DNA of 64,000 nt from Trypanosoma brucei (taxonomy: Eukaryota), in the NCBI GenBank assembly GCA_000002445.1, contig CP000066.1, forward strand, positions 224,001 through 288,000. The letters run 5' to 3'. Both the position numbers and the translations under genes were made by a program. Shown here in pieces: positions 42,890 through 54,266 of this stretch. The notes under the pieces were generated by a model. The model had not been told where the DNA came from and did not search any database. It saw nothing but the letters and a program-made list of their open reading frames with translations. Each line of letters opens with the position of its first letter. Positions within the stretch are counted from its first letter, which is position 1.

Positions 42890-43366
42890 CCACGTGGACA
42901 TTGAAGGAATTTTGGTGGTTGCCGCTCGCCGGGGCGCTGCCTCTGGAGCGGACCCAAACCTGTTGAAGGTCAAGTGTGGCGTATGTGCGTAGCGAATTGT
43001 TCTTGTTATGCCTGTGCATCCCTGGCCGCGTTATCCACTTTTCTTCTGTTACCCATTGCAGTGTAAAAAGATTTGTGCTTTGCGCTCGGTGCGTATGTAT
43101 ATCCGCGATTCGTTGGTGTGGTGACTAGCGATGGGTTAATTTTTTACGCTCTTTCTTGTGAAAGGTTACTAGAAGTGCAGTGTGACCTCTATTCTCCCCC
43201 TTTAGTCATCCATTAGGTACATATTGCTTTTGAAAATTGAATCTGCATAGGCTACATTCCCCTCATGATTTCCCCCTTAGCATATCTCGGCTGGCTTTCC
43301 CCTCTGTTGATCTCTCTAAATCCTTTATAATGCTGTTGTTGCGACGCACGTATGTTGATTAGTTAG

Positions 43367-44005
43367 ATGACGTACTGCCCCATTACGCGAAAGGAGTTGG
43401 AGAGGTACCTTCCGAACTTCGATCCTCTCCTTGACCCGCAAATTGGGGAATGGGTGCTTGTAACCCCGGAGCGTCGCTTTGCTATCCTTGGTCCACTCTT
43501 GCAGTTTGTCCAAGAACATGCGATTAAACCAATCTATCCATTTCTTGACAATAGTGAACCATCATCTGCCCCCGTGACGACCTTTAATTTTTGCAAAGAA
43601 GACTCACCTAAAACACTGGGCGATCCATCTAAGGTGTTCCCCACGCTGAGTGAAGTGTGGCGGAGGTACCGCCGTCGTCGGTTCCACATTTCTGGCATGG
43701 ACGAGGATGGAATCGGAGAGGAGGAGGAAAATGATGACACGATACTGTACCTAAATCCACGGGCCCTGTTGCTCACACCGTGTGCTCCAGCCGTGTTTGG
43801 GGGCTCTGATTTTATTGAAGGATTGGATAGGGAAGGTGAGCGGGTGGTGTTCGTAAACTGGAAAACAGGGGAGACTCGCACCGATAGCGGGGTGTTGAAG
43901 CCGGCTCCGATTCCAGCATGGGCAGAAGATGTTGCGGAAAAGGCTGCCATGGAGTGGGAGTCATGGAAGAAATGTGTGATTCCTCCCTCATCAACCAGAG
44001 AGTGA
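43367..44005 (+). CDS. Hypothetical protein (212 aa)
   Basis: ATG-initiated + strand ORF in the same orientation as the cluster. No recognisable domain. Confidence 0.4.
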   Translation: MTYCPITRKELERYLPNFDPLLDPQIGEWVLVTPERRFAILGPLLQFVQEHAIKPIYPFLDNSEPSSAPVTTFNFCKEDSPKTLGDPSKVFPTLSEVWRRYRRRRFHISGMDEDGIGEEEENDDTILYLNPRALLLTPCAPAVFGGSDFIEGLDREGERVVFVNWKTGETRTDSGVLKPAPIPAWAEDVAEKAAMEWESWKKCVIPPSSTRE

Positions 44006-44959
44006 CATGGTGGGACTTCCTCTTCGTGGGGAAATAACGGAGAATAGGGGAAGGAAGTTGGAGGTGGTACAAGTGCGCTGGTGCTACCGCGGGAAATGCG
44101 TCGGGCCCCACGTGACCGTCAGCCTTGTGAACCACACAGGCGGCGGCGAAGGTCAATGGATGTTTGGGGGTTTGAAAAAGGTGATCAAAGAAAAGGGTGC
44201 TTATTTACATTGAATGAGGTTCCGTATCGTAGTTGGTCGTGTGGAAGGCGGACGCAAATTTTCTTCCACACCCCACTTGCTTTTTTGCACGGGGATTTAA
44301 GTGCACATGGAGCGGACTGGCACTGTGTTTGATTTTCCGGAGTTATTCTGTAACCGGTGCCACTATTTGGAATATCGTAACACGGTAGGTGACATTCTTT
44401 TCATTGGCTTTCTTGTATAGTGTTCGGGCCAATAACTTTCTTTGCAGGAAATGTGAACCAAACATTGGCTTCCATTGGTGGCCCTTGTGATGGGAGTCTT
44501 TGGGAATGGTAATCTTACGCGAGCGTCCAGCCACTTGTTGTCCGCTAATATGGCACTAATATCGACTAACCGGATCCGAAGCAGCGGTGGGGCTTACTCC
44601 ATGTGTTCCTGGTGCAGTTTCTGTTGCGTAACGTTGCACTATTTTTTGAAGGGGGTCAAGTTGAGGGATGGCGGCAAAGGGATGTGATGAACCAAGAACA
44701 TTTGCTGCTTGCATTGTGTTGTTCCTAATCCGGCGTTGTAATTTCACGTTTATATTTTTTGCGGCGATGGAACTTTTTTTCTTGATGTCAGGCGTCATGA
44801 AAGACTGCTCTGTCGTCCATAGTCTGGTCTGGGAAGCAACTAAGCTGTTCCTGAGGAGCTTTCGTGTTCACTATTCGGGACAGCTGCACAACATTAGTTC
44901 TTGATCTTGTACATGCAACTTTCTTTTTATTTACAAAAAGCAGACGAAGCCAGAGGGAC

Positions 44960-46153
44960 ATGAGACGCGCTTGTGTACATTTTGCCCGAGCCATCAAGGC
45001 AACACAAAACCTTACTCATTTGGAGGTCTTCACACAGCTTCAACTAGGTATCCACCCGCCGTTGAGTACTCAGCGTCAATTCCTTCAACAACACTTTGAT
45101 GTGGAGATGGAGCGTCGAGGTATAACAGAGACAAAACTCTTAGCTATGGATGGGCACCTCTGTACTCAGCTACTCCGTCAGTTGTTGTTTGAGCGGTATC
45201 TATCAGTTCCGTTTCGTCTTTTCACCTTTGATTTGGAGTTTACGGGGCCGCCTGTGTTTGGACCTGATGGCCCTACCGAGGATATCATGGAGTTTGGGTT
45301 TTATTCTCCGGCTCATGACAAAGTGTTTTCGTGTCTCGTTCGGCCGAGCAATGGTCGCTGTGTTTCTCCCGAGGTAACAACTCTAACGCACATAACTCAG
45401 AAGATGCTAGAGGAAGACGGTCTTCCCTTTCGAGATGCTTGGGCAAAGGTGCTTGATTTTCTTAATACACCGGAACCCCAGGAGCTCCCCGGTGCTGAGA
45501 AGCGGCTGCTTGTGCTCAGTCACGGAGGAAAATTGGCTGACGTTTCCTTGATCAAGTGGACTCTGGAAGCGTCGGGTATGGAGCTCCCTTCAAACATTAT
45601 TTTTGGTGACACGTTTCATTTGATTCGCGACGCCCATCGTCGTCGGCCGGTGACATTGGATAAGCACCCACCCACTTGGGGCCTCAGTGACCTTGTGCAG
45701 TGGTTGCGGATACCCCCAACGCTTCCTGCCCACCGCGCAGGTAACGATGCGAAGATGACATGGGACGCCTTGTATCACACGCTGGAGCGCTATGGTGACG
45801 AGGATTTGACACCGCGTGAACAACTTGTCTCACGGTTCTTTGATGTGGAAGCCAAACAAGTGATGAGTCAAGCCGGAATACGCAGTCATGCGCAGCCTGA
45901 TGGGACGTTGGAAAATGATACCAGTTACATGGAAGCTTCTGTTAGCGACTCCCTCGACCTTGACTTTGATGAGATATTTACCCCTGACGGAAAGCAGCGA
46001 CCTGAAGTGTCAGAAGACCGTACGGACGATGTTCCTGACGGTTCGAAAGGGGAGAGTCACAGTGGTGCATCCCGCGGAAAGGTGCGAAGTGGAAAACGTA
46101 ACGGTAGGAGCAGTTCCAGCGGCGGGGATCGTGGAGAGGAGTTCATCATTTAG
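44960..46153 (+). CDS. DEDDh-type 3'-5' exonuclease (DnaQ/RNase T-like) domain protein
   Basis: Exo motif I FTFDLEFTGP (D-x-E), motif II LVLSHGGKLADVSL, motif III HRAGNDAKMTWDALYH (H-x4-D). Acidic/Ser-rich C-terminal tail. Start set at the ATG (MRRACVHF...) after the CT-rich tract and AG inside the GTG-initiated track ORF. Confidence 0.7.
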   Translation: MRRACVHFARAIKATQNLTHLEVFTQLQLGIHPPLSTQRQFLQQHFDVEMERRGITETKLLAMDGHLCTQLLRQLLFERYLSVPFRLFTFDLEFTGPPVFGPDGPTEDIMEFGFYSPAHDKVFSCLVRPSNGRCVSPEVTTLTHITQKMLEEDGLPFRDAWAKVLDFLNTPEPQELPGAEKRLLVLSHGGKLADVSLIKWTLEASGMELPSNIIFGDTFHLIRDAHRRRPVTLDKHPPTWGLSDLVQWLRIPPTLPAHRAGNDAKMTWDALYHTLERYGDEDLTPREQLVSRFFDVEAKQVMSQAGIRSHAQPDGTLENDTSYMEASVSDSLDLDFDEIFTPDGKQRPEVSEDRTDDVPDGSKGESHSGASRGKVRSGKRNGRSSSSGGDRGEEFII

Positions 46154-46402
46154 TCTTTTTTTCTGACTTATCCTTTCAATGGTTTAAAGTAGATCGTGCT
46201 CTGACTCTTATTTTTGCCACCGAGCCGTTTCGGTGTGCCCGAAGGGAGAGTCCTTTAACTTTTGCTCCAGGTTATCCACGCTGTGGAATTTCTCATGGAT
46301 TTACATCATCAGCATTCAACGAAGGAGCACGTGACCATTGCTGCCGAGGCGTAACAATATGTCAGGAAAGAAGAGTATTGTACAATCATTCATGAAAATA
46401 AT

Positions 46403-46404
<2 letters not shown>

Positions 46405-46437
<33 letters not shown>
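46405..46437. repeat. (TA)16 microsatellite
   Basis: atatatatatatatatatatatatatatatat in the intergenic region between the exonuclease and IFT38-like genes. Confidence 0.9.
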
Positions 46438-46440
<3 letters not shown>

Positions 46441-46797
46441 GACATTAGTCGGTGCGAAAAACAACGACACACACATATTCGCATAAGACAGTACAATTCA
46501 CTCCCAAGGTCTGGCTTTTTGTGCTCTTTTTTTCACCAATGTCACCGAACCTTCTGTGCACCGTTTTTTTTTCTGTGATGCAATTAATTTTGTACTTAGA
46601 TAGTAGGGAGTTGCAAAATACAATTCTTGCTGTCAACTCGTTTTGTGGTTTCGTTCCAGACGTACGTATTACAATCCGTTGCTCATATTGGCGTGAGTCA
46701 GGCATAACGCCCCCCCCCCAAAAAAAAAAGAAGACGATATATTTGTTAGCTTTGCGTATAAGGTTAGCATCGGCTCCACCACGTCGAAACAGTCGAA

Positions 46798-48231
46798 ATG
46801 TCTTTTAGAGAGCTTCGTTCCTTTGCAGAGACGATGCGGTTGTTGGGCTACCCCAACCTAATCAGTATGGAGTCATTCCGAAATCCCAATGTGGAGTTGG
46901 TGGCGGATTGTCTCTTTTGGCTCATTAAACGCTACGAGCCATCCGCGGAAATTGTGTACGAAATAGAACGTGAAGCCGATCGAGTGTTTTTCTTCAAACA
47001 AGTATGCGAGGTGGCTTTGGCCAAGGGGAGGGTGAAGTTGAACATAAAGAAATTATACCAATCTGACGGGAACGCTGTGCAGGAAATGCTTATCTTAGCG
47101 AATGTACTGAAGAAGGCTATGAATACGACCGGGCTGGAGGAAATTGATCATGCTACGTTGCAGCAGGTGATTGCGCAGAGGAATGTGCAGGATGCCAAAC
47201 GTGTGCAGCAACTTTGCAGTGATTTGACGAACGATGGAAGTTCGCTCTTTTTTCTCATCGAAGAGGAAACAGGTCAGAGGGGGGAACGACAACGCGTTCT
47301 ATCGCGAGCTACAGAGGTAGGTGAATTTGAGCGCCGGCTCCGTGAAGTACTGAAGGATGTGACCACACAAGTGGAGCAACTGCAGGCATCTATTGCGAAC
47401 CTCAGTGCAGACGAGACAACGCTCGAGCAGAAGATTGAGAGCAAAAAAACCCAGTTGGAGCGAACGCAGAAGCGCCTAAAGTCCCTGAACGCTGTTCGCC
47501 CCGCTTTCATGGAAGAGTATGAAAAACATGAGGGCGATATGCACTCGCAGTTTGTCATATACCTTGAGCAGTACCGTAACTTGGAGTACCTCGAACACGA
47601 ACTCGCGAAATTCAATGCTGCGGAGGATGCCTTACTGGAGGAACATGAAACAAAGCTGCGGGTGATGCGTGAACGGCTGCGCAGGGAGGAATTAAACGCC
47701 CTTCGAGGGGAAGCGGGCCGCAAACGTGGTAGTCGCTCTGAAAACGACGGGGCGCCAAAGATTGGTGGACAAGGTAATGGTCCTGAAGGTAATGGAAGTT
47801 CTGCTGGCCCCCGCGTTCCTAAAGCGAGTGGAAACATGCGCGATGCTGCTTTAGAAGGCAGCAGTGGAAGTGACTCGAGCGGTGATTCGCAAGAAGAGGA
47901 ACATATACGCCCACAAGGAGCTTTGGGCCGACCGCGTCCCACAGCAGGACCTTCCACCAACCCACCACCGCGTGCCGGCCCAGATGGCTACGATGACTCC
48001 AATGCGGGTGGGAGGTCGGTGCGGCCGGGATTATCAGTTCGAGGAAGTTCTCCACCAGACCGCAATATGCGTGGACCGCCACCTGGTGGTGCTGGTGGAG
48101 GCGGTATGAGTGATGTTGACAGTGACTCTTCTGATGATGACGATGATGATGATGACGACTCTGACATCGATACTTCAGAGATTAGCATCGGTAGTGACGA
48201 TTCAGGTTCGGAAAGCAGCAGCGACCTCTAG
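46798..48231 (+). CDS. CLUAP1/IFT38: Clusterin-associated protein 1 / intraflagellar transport protein IFT38 homolog
   Basis: The N-terminus MSFRELRSFAETMRLLGYPNLISMESFRNPNVELVADCLFWLIKRYEP...DRVFFFKQVCEVALAKGRVKLNIKKLYQSDGNAVQEMLILANVL matches the conserved CLUAP1/IFT38 head. Central coiled coil. C-terminal Gly/Ser/Asp-rich tail with an Asp run encoded by (GAT/GAC)n around 48121-48165. Confidence 0.85.
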   Translation: MSFRELRSFAETMRLLGYPNLISMESFRNPNVELVADCLFWLIKRYEPSAEIVYEIEREADRVFFFKQVCEVALAKGRVKLNIKKLYQSDGNAVQEMLILANVLKKAMNTTGLEEIDHATLQQVIAQRNVQDAKRVQQLCSDLTNDGSSLFFLIEEETGQRGERQRVLSRATEVGEFERRLREVLKDVTTQVEQLQASIANLSADETTLEQKIESKKTQLERTQKRLKSLNAVRPAFMEEYEKHEGDMHSQFVIYLEQYRNLEYLEHELAKFNAAEDALLEEHETKLRVMRERLRREELNALRGEAGRKRGSRSENDGAPKIGGQGNGPEGNGSSAGPRVPKASGNMRDAALEGSSGSDSSGDSQEEEHIRPQGALGRPRPTAGPSTNPPPRAGPDGYDDSNAGGRSVRPGLSVRGSSPPDRNMRGPPPGGAGGGGMSDVDSDSSDDDDDDDDDSDIDTSEISIGSDDSGSESSSDL

Positions 48232-49210
48232 TCAACCTACTTCTCACCACTGCTTAATTTTTTTTTCTTTGATTCCACCGTGCTGCCGTCTTTTCCACGT
48301 GGTTGTGCAATGGTGTGACTGAATGTAATAGAGATGCAGCAATGTCGGTTCATTGTGCGAGTGCCTCGCGCTTGAGGGGTAGCACTGGTATATTTGAGAC
48401 GTGATGTATGAGGGTTCCATGCACTGTGTCGCTTCATGCTGTCACTGTATGCGCACAGGAACCCTCCGCGTTATCTCTCCCTTTATATATATATATATAT
48501 TAAATCCAAGAGGGGGAAAAAATGACGCCACCATTTCTCCGTATGATCATACATGTCTGCGTTCTTCGTGTGTTTTCTTGTTGTTGTTATCTAATCCCTT
48601 TGCTTGAAGGCGACGGCGGTTGCCACTCCAACACTGTGAACTTGTTCGAAAGGGATGACGAGCTCATGAGAGATGTTGAAAACAGTCAGTTGGCTTTTCA
48701 ATGTTTTTTTTTTGTCCCCCTGTTGCTCCAACTCCGTGGTAGAAAACGTGGGAGTAAAGTAATTTAGTGAGGCAACAGTACAGTTGGAGAGGGGCCCCTT
48801 CCGAATGTACGCATTGTGTTTACCTGCAGAAGGAACGCTACTGACTTTGCACAGGAGGTTTTGAGAGAGAAAAAAAGGCGCAAGAAGGTGGAGAAACAAA
48901 GATTTCAAATGAACCACAAGCAAAAAAAAAAAATAATAATATATATATATAGAGAGAGAGAGAATGGAAGGAAAGGTGAAGTTGAAGAAAAAAAGGTAGG
49001 GAGAGAAAACAAAAAAGAACAGGCGAAAGATGCAGGAAAAAAAAAATGAGAATGTGAAAGAGAGAAGTTGAGGGTAGTGTGAAGGGGTTATTGAGGGTGA
49101 AGAAGCTGTTCAAATGCTGCTTTACCTCCTTTTTTCTAAAAAAATTCTCCATTCACTTGTTCGTGCATATGCTTGTGAGTAAGGAGCGTACACGCTGCAT
49201 AGGTATATTA

Positions 49211-49320
49211 CGCTTTCCTTTATTCTTTTAATCTCTTGTGTCGTTTTAAAGTTATGCTTGTGAATACCGTTTACTTCTTCTATTTCCGTTACTGCTGATG
49301 TTATTCTTGGTGTTCTGGTG
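49211..49320 (+). promoter_or_regulatory. Pyrimidine-rich tract upstream of the Ran gene
   Basis: cgctttcctttattcttttaatctcttgtgtcgttttaaagttatgcttg...tttacttcttctatttccgttactgctgatgttattcttggtgttctgg. Confidence 0.45.
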
Positions 49321-49589
49321 TGTACGGGGTGTAGTGTGCAATATCCTAAGCGAAGGGTAAGATTTATTTGGGGAATCCCTTGAACTACTGCAGTGTTCCA
49401 CTTCAGAGCAATAAAAGGAGTTATCTTCCTACACGAAAGGGAAAACAACAATTAGAAGGCCGATCTAAAAAAACAAACAAAGAAAGAACCAACAATAACA
49501 ACACGGGAATAGACATAGTGCAAGTATATCAGGAAATATACAAGGGAGAGTCGTAAAAAAAAAAAAAAAGTAAATAAACATAAATAAAA

Positions 49590-50243
49590 ATGCAGGCTTC
49601 CTCGACGGCTGACTGCGTTGCCACATTCAAGCTTGTTCTTGTTGGTGATGGTGGTACGGGTAAGACAACTTTTGTGAAACGTCACTTAACGGGTGAGTTC
49701 GAGAAGCGGTACGTCGCGACGGTCGGTGTTGATGTCCATCCGCTCACTTTCCACACCAATCGGGGGAAGATTTGCTTCAACTGCTGGGACACTGCTGGTC
49801 AGGAGAAGTTTGGTGGTCTGCGTGACGGCTACTATATTGAGGGCCAATGTGCCATCATTATGTTTGATGTCACAAGCCGCAATACGTATAAGAATGTACC
49901 CAACTGGCACCGTGACATCACGCGCGTGTGCGACAACATTCCAATTGTCCTGGTAGGTAACAAAGTAGACTGTGCAGAGCGCCAGGTGAAAGCGAAGATG
50001 ATTACGTTCCACCGCAAGAAGGGACTTCAATACTACGATATCTCGGCCAAATCTAACTACAACTTCGAAAAGCCGTTCCTGTGGCTCGCAAAGAAGCTTG
50101 CGAATGATCCCAACCTCACTCTTGTGGAGGCACCGATGCTCGACCCCAACGTGCAGCCGCTCACTGCTGAACAGTTGCAGGCACTTCAGGAGGAGGCCCG
50201 CGCAGTGGAAAATGTTGTACTGCCGATGGGCGAGGACGACTAG
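49590..50243 (+). CDS. RAN: Ran GTPase (GTP-binding nuclear protein Ran/Gsp1)
   Basis: [40 protein letters not shown] (G1 plus the Ran effector loop), [17 protein letters not shown] (G3), NKVD (G4), SAK (G5), acidic C-terminal ...EDD tail. Essentially full-length canonical Ran. Confidence 0.95.
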   Translation: MQASSTADCVATFKLVLVGDGGTGKTTFVKRHLTGEFEKRYVATVGVDVHPLTFHTNRGKICFNCWDTAGQEKFGGLRDGYYIEGQCAIIMFDVTSRNTYKNVPNWHRDITRVCDNIPIVLVGNKVDCAERQVKAKMITFHRKKGLQYYDISAKSNYNFEKPFLWLAKKLANDPNLTLVEAPMLDPNVQPLTAEQLQALQEEARAVENVVLPMGEDD

Positions 50244-51809
50244 AGACGGCACACCTCTCATCATTGAATTGAGTTAACTCGCGTGGAATAAATTTGTGTA
50301 AGTCGATGTATGGAAGGAACGTGTTGGTGTAATGCAAGGTTGATGGATGAAGGAAACGGAAAGCGATATGAAGTAAGCGCGCCATCAAAAAAAAAAAAAA
50401 AAGAAGAGGAGAAAAGAAAAGAAAAAAAGAGAAGAGAAAAAGGGAAGGAGGGAGGGAACAGAAAGTAATTATAAATGAAAAGAATGGTAATAAGGAGAAG
50501 GTCAATTAACTGTAATGCAGAGAGGAAATGAAGATGCTCGGAAAAGGCACAATTTATCAAAAAAGAAAAAAGAAAAAAGAGCAGATGATAAAGATGGGCA
50601 GGCGGGATTTATTAGAGACCAAATGGATCGGGAGGAACAGCACTGAGAGATATACAAAGGGGGGACAAATCAACCTTCATATGAATATGTGCGTGCGTCT
50701 GTGTGTATTTCCTTACTTTTATTATTCGAGACATGGAAACGTAAGCGATAGACTCGACCAGGTTTCCAACCCAAGCCAATGCATATGGGCAGTTATATCC
50801 CTTTCCGGAGTTTGCGTGTTTAATCATTTGTATACGCGTAGCAGAAGGTTAGAAGAAGGATTGCACATGTGGGATAGATAAGATGGCGGAGATGGGCGCC
50901 TCCCATCAGAAGGAGATATGTTACATGGGAGGGGAATGAAGGGTAGTAGGAATGCGGTTCATTTTTTTTTCTGTTTTGTGTGGAGGTACTTGAAGTGTAC
51001 GCCGTTACATATCTTGGGCGGGAACACCGTATCAAACCCCGCAGCATGTTGAATTATCACTACGGAACGAACCTTGTACCTTCAGTGCGATACTTCTCAT
51101 GAAAACTAGAGTTGAATGGGAGCCACTTCAGCCACGTTGCCCCACTGAAAATCCGTCACATCACGCGACAGGAAAATGCATGCGAGCGCCGCACCTTCTC
51201 CCTTTGTTTCTCTCAACGTTTTGCCCCTATACTCGTCGTTTGCAACGTCATTTCATTTCGTTTCATTTGTCTTTTTTTTTTCTTTTGTTCCCGTTCTGTT
51301 TGTGTTGTGGTGTTCTCCACTTCCCTCTGCTTCCATTCTGACTGCCCCGTCGCTGCTACAAGAGGCGCGTTATTGTTGCACGCAGGTGCATATTTTATGT
51401 GCCCGAGGAGCAGCGGTAAATGAAGAGGAAGAAGCGCAGCAAGCGTATCACTCAATAATTAGACGACGCTATTGGAGTGGGGGTAAGGGACTATAACGCA
51501 TTTCAAGTCCACACAGTAATGTCGTACACATTTTTGTATTACGATCATCGAGAAAAAAAAGTGATGAAGGAACACTGTGGGCTTTGAATATAGATGCTAA
51601 TGACGACCTCCTTCGTGTATTAGTGGGTTCGTCACGCACTAGGGGTTCTTCGTTATGTTTCTGCTTGACATTCGAGCACTAACCATCGTAAGATTGTAGA
51701 CACACGCTCATCACATCTTACTCTTACTTCATCTTTTATGAGTTACAGTGTTCATTTGTTGTAGGCTCGCAACCAAGAGCAGACATCACCATATTAAAGA
51801 GAATTTGCA

Positions 51810-53510
51810 ATGTCTGAGGCTCTGATTGACGAGGAAAATTTCGTTCCACCGACGGCGCGGGTTGGGTTGTCCATAGTACGGACACATCGCCGTTTCCTTT
51901 TGCGCCACCGCCACTTTGTTCATCAGTACGCTGCCATGTACAGAGCACGGCTGGAAGCACTGGAGAGGCGTGTTCTCAAGGCGGTAAGTGCCAAAGTCGC
52001 TGCTGGAAATGTTGTTGGCACTTTTCCTCAAAGGTCTCGCGTGCTGGAACTTGGCATAGGGGAGCGGGCGCTTTGTGTAGGGGTAGCGTACAAGGAGGCG
52101 CGTCTGCTTCCACGCTTCTTGGACGAATACCAGAAAGAGTTGGTGCGCATTGATGCTGGTGAGGAGGAAGACTCGTATGGGGGTTCTGAAGCTGTCTCGT
52201 GTTCTGTCCCTCTGCGTGCAAATAGTCGGGGAGTAAACCCTACACCTGGAAATTGTTGTGAAGGTGATGCACGTAATCAGTCTCACTTATTTAACATATG
52301 TGGTGAGGATGATGAGGTATTCATGGAGGACGACAGCGGTCGCGTGCGTTTGGAGGGTATCCCCGCCGCGGTTGTTTGCACGGGATTAGTACTGGGCGTG
52401 GATGGCACGTTGCTTGAGAACGGGTGTCTTTCTGTGAATTGTTACGCTATAGGAGATTTGCGGGAAGTGTATGTTCCTCGTACATTGCCGACCGTGTCGT
52501 CTCCTACGCCCTGCTACGTTGGCTTTGTTTGTGGTCTTGAACTGTGCTCTGCGCAGACACAAACCGATGCAGCAACGAACGGTCGAACAATGATCGAACT
52601 TCTTGTGGATTACCTTAGCGGCACCTTGGGAAGCACTGGGAAGGTTGTGCAGCCGTCGTACATATCCCGCTTGGTGATTGGCGGAAACAGCATAGCCCCC
52701 ACCGAAGAACTTCGGTTAAAGAGGAAAGTGAAGCTTGACCCTTCGGATCATGTGAAACTCAGCGATGACAAGCAAAACAACGGCACGGTGACCTCTGCTT
52801 CGCTTATGCGAGAGTTAGACGCGATACTTGCTCGCCTAGCGGACTCCATTGAGGTTGAGTTGATGCCAGGCGATAACGACATGACAAACGCCTTCCATCC
52901 ACAACAACCTATACACCCACTGTTGCTGCCAGAGGCGGCGCGCCGTTCCTCCATAGGTTTTGTGACGAATCCATATGAATTTGTTGCGTTCCCCAGCGAT
53001 GATGAGGAAAATCATGTAGAAAGGAGCGGCGCCGATGCGACAGAGGGTGGGACGATATTTTTTGTCTCTTCCGGCAGTAATTTGAATTGTGTCAACCGTG
53101 AGACACGATTTGACTCCCGTCTTGATGCTATGTCTTTGATTCTTCAGAGTGGATGCGCCTGCCCCACAGCACCGAACACTGTATTTAGCTACCCCTTCAC
53201 AGATACCGATCCCTTCGTTTTCCCCAAGGCTCCCCACTGTTTCGTGTGTTGTGATCAGCCGGAGTGGGAAACGCGTTGGGAGCCGCTTGCCACGTTCGAC
53301 CCAACGCGTGATACCAACGGTTGCGGTATCCTCCTGAACGAAGAGATGGAAGGTCAGTCCCAGGAAATTGAGAGCGATGGGGCTGGTGTGCGACTCGTTT
53401 GTGTACCGACTTTCGCTCAGACAGGTAAGCTAGTACTCGTGGATGTTAATTCTCCAACACTAGAAACTACTTATGTTGACTTTGCGTCAGGGCTGCGCAA
53501 CCCACGTTAA
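51810..53510 (+). CDS. POLD2: DNA polymerase delta small (B) subunit, POLD2-like
   Basis: Conserved B-subunit phosphoesterase-like core: VELMPGDNDMTNAFHPQQPIHPLLLP, IGFVTNPYEFV, TAPNTVFSYPFTDTDPFVFPKAPHCFVCCDQPEW, LVCVPTFAQTGKLVLVDV. These parallel the Pol delta p50 family blocks (…MPG..D..N..LPQQP.H…, …YPF…DPF…P…). Confidence 0.85.
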   Translation: MSEALIDEENFVPPTARVGLSIVRTHRRFLLRHRHFVHQYAAMYRARLEALERRVLKAVSAKVAAGNVVGTFPQRSRVLELGIGERALCVGVAYKEARLLPRFLDEYQKELVRIDAGEEEDSYGGSEAVSCSVPLRANSRGVNPTPGNCCEGDARNQSHLFNICGEDDEVFMEDDSGRVRLEGIPAAVVCTGLVLGVDGTLLENGCLSVNCYAIGDLREVYVPRTLPTVSSPTPCYVGFVCGLELCSAQTQTDAATNGRTMIELLVDYLSGTLGSTGKVVQPSYISRLVIGGNSIAPTEELRLKRKVKLDPSDHVKLSDDKQNNGTVTSASLMRELDAILARLADSIEVELMPGDNDMTNAFHPQQPIHPLLLPEAARRSSIGFVTNPYEFVAFPSDDEENHVERSGADATEGGTIFFVSSGSNLNCVNRETRFDSRLDAMSLILQSGCACPTAPNTVFSYPFTDTDPFVFPKAPHCFVCCDQPEWETRWEPLATFDPTRDTNGCGILLNEEMEGQSQEIESDGAGVRLVCVPTFAQTGKLVLVDVNSPTLETTYVDFASGLRNPR

Positions 53511-54139
53511 TATGCACCTACCAGTAGCATCACGTGAAAAGGCGTGTTGTTGTGTTTGTCCGTGTGAATAAGCCGATGCAGTAAGTGTGGTGGAGGCGGC
53601 ATCTCATACAGCTCTGTCATATAACACGCAACCACACCCACATTTACTCAGAGGTAACTGCGTCTAATGGAGGGGGCGTAAAGAGGAATTAAGCAACGCT
53701 ACCGGAAGAAATGGCCATGCAAGTTCTTTTGGTCTGTGCGCTCCTCTACTTAGCTTTCTTCTTAATATTTCGTCCCTTTTTTTTTTTCTCTTCCGTTCAT
53801 TCTTCTGCTTTTGTGACCGTGTGTGACGCTGCAGATGAGCGTCTGGTCTGCGGGGGAGACCGTAGCACAGCATTGTGTGATTTGGCCGTTTTTATAAACT
53901 GGTAATTCAGGGAGTTATGCTCCTGGGTTGCGGCTCGGTGCGGGTTTCCACTTCTTTTCTACCTCATTTGTTTCACAAACTCCTATTCATTTTTCTTTCT
54001 GGAAATCGTTTTTTTTTTTTAAAAACAAAACCAATTCACTAAAAATGGACATGATTTACGTACATGAAGCAGAGGGGACACAACATAGGCTACTGTAAGG
54101 TGAAGCAATTTTCCTGGGTGTGCGTGTGTGGCAGCTTCG

Positions 54140-54263
54140 GACCCTTCCTTGCTTGCCTTGACCCAGGAGTTTTTCCTTTCCTTTTTCTGTTCGCCTTTTC
54201 GGCTGTGGCCCTCCCTTCCCTCCCTTTACATTTTTTTGTTGTTTCTACTTTACCGTCTCGTAG
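54140..54263 (+). promoter_or_regulatory. Polypyrimidine tract with terminal AG immediately upstream of the SURP-protein ATG
   Basis: cttccttgcttgccttgacccaggagtttttcctttcctttttctgttcgccttttcggctgtggccctcccttccctccctttacatttttttgttgtttctactttaccgtctcgtag|gcaATG. Confidence 0.55.
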
Positions 54264-54266
54264 GCA

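Noticed and set aside
47274-47960. 228-aa minus-strand ORF
   Set aside because: Lies entirely antisense to the IFT38/CLUAP1-like coding region. Its Ser/Ala/Arg-rich translation reflects the complementary strand of a GA-rich coding sequence.
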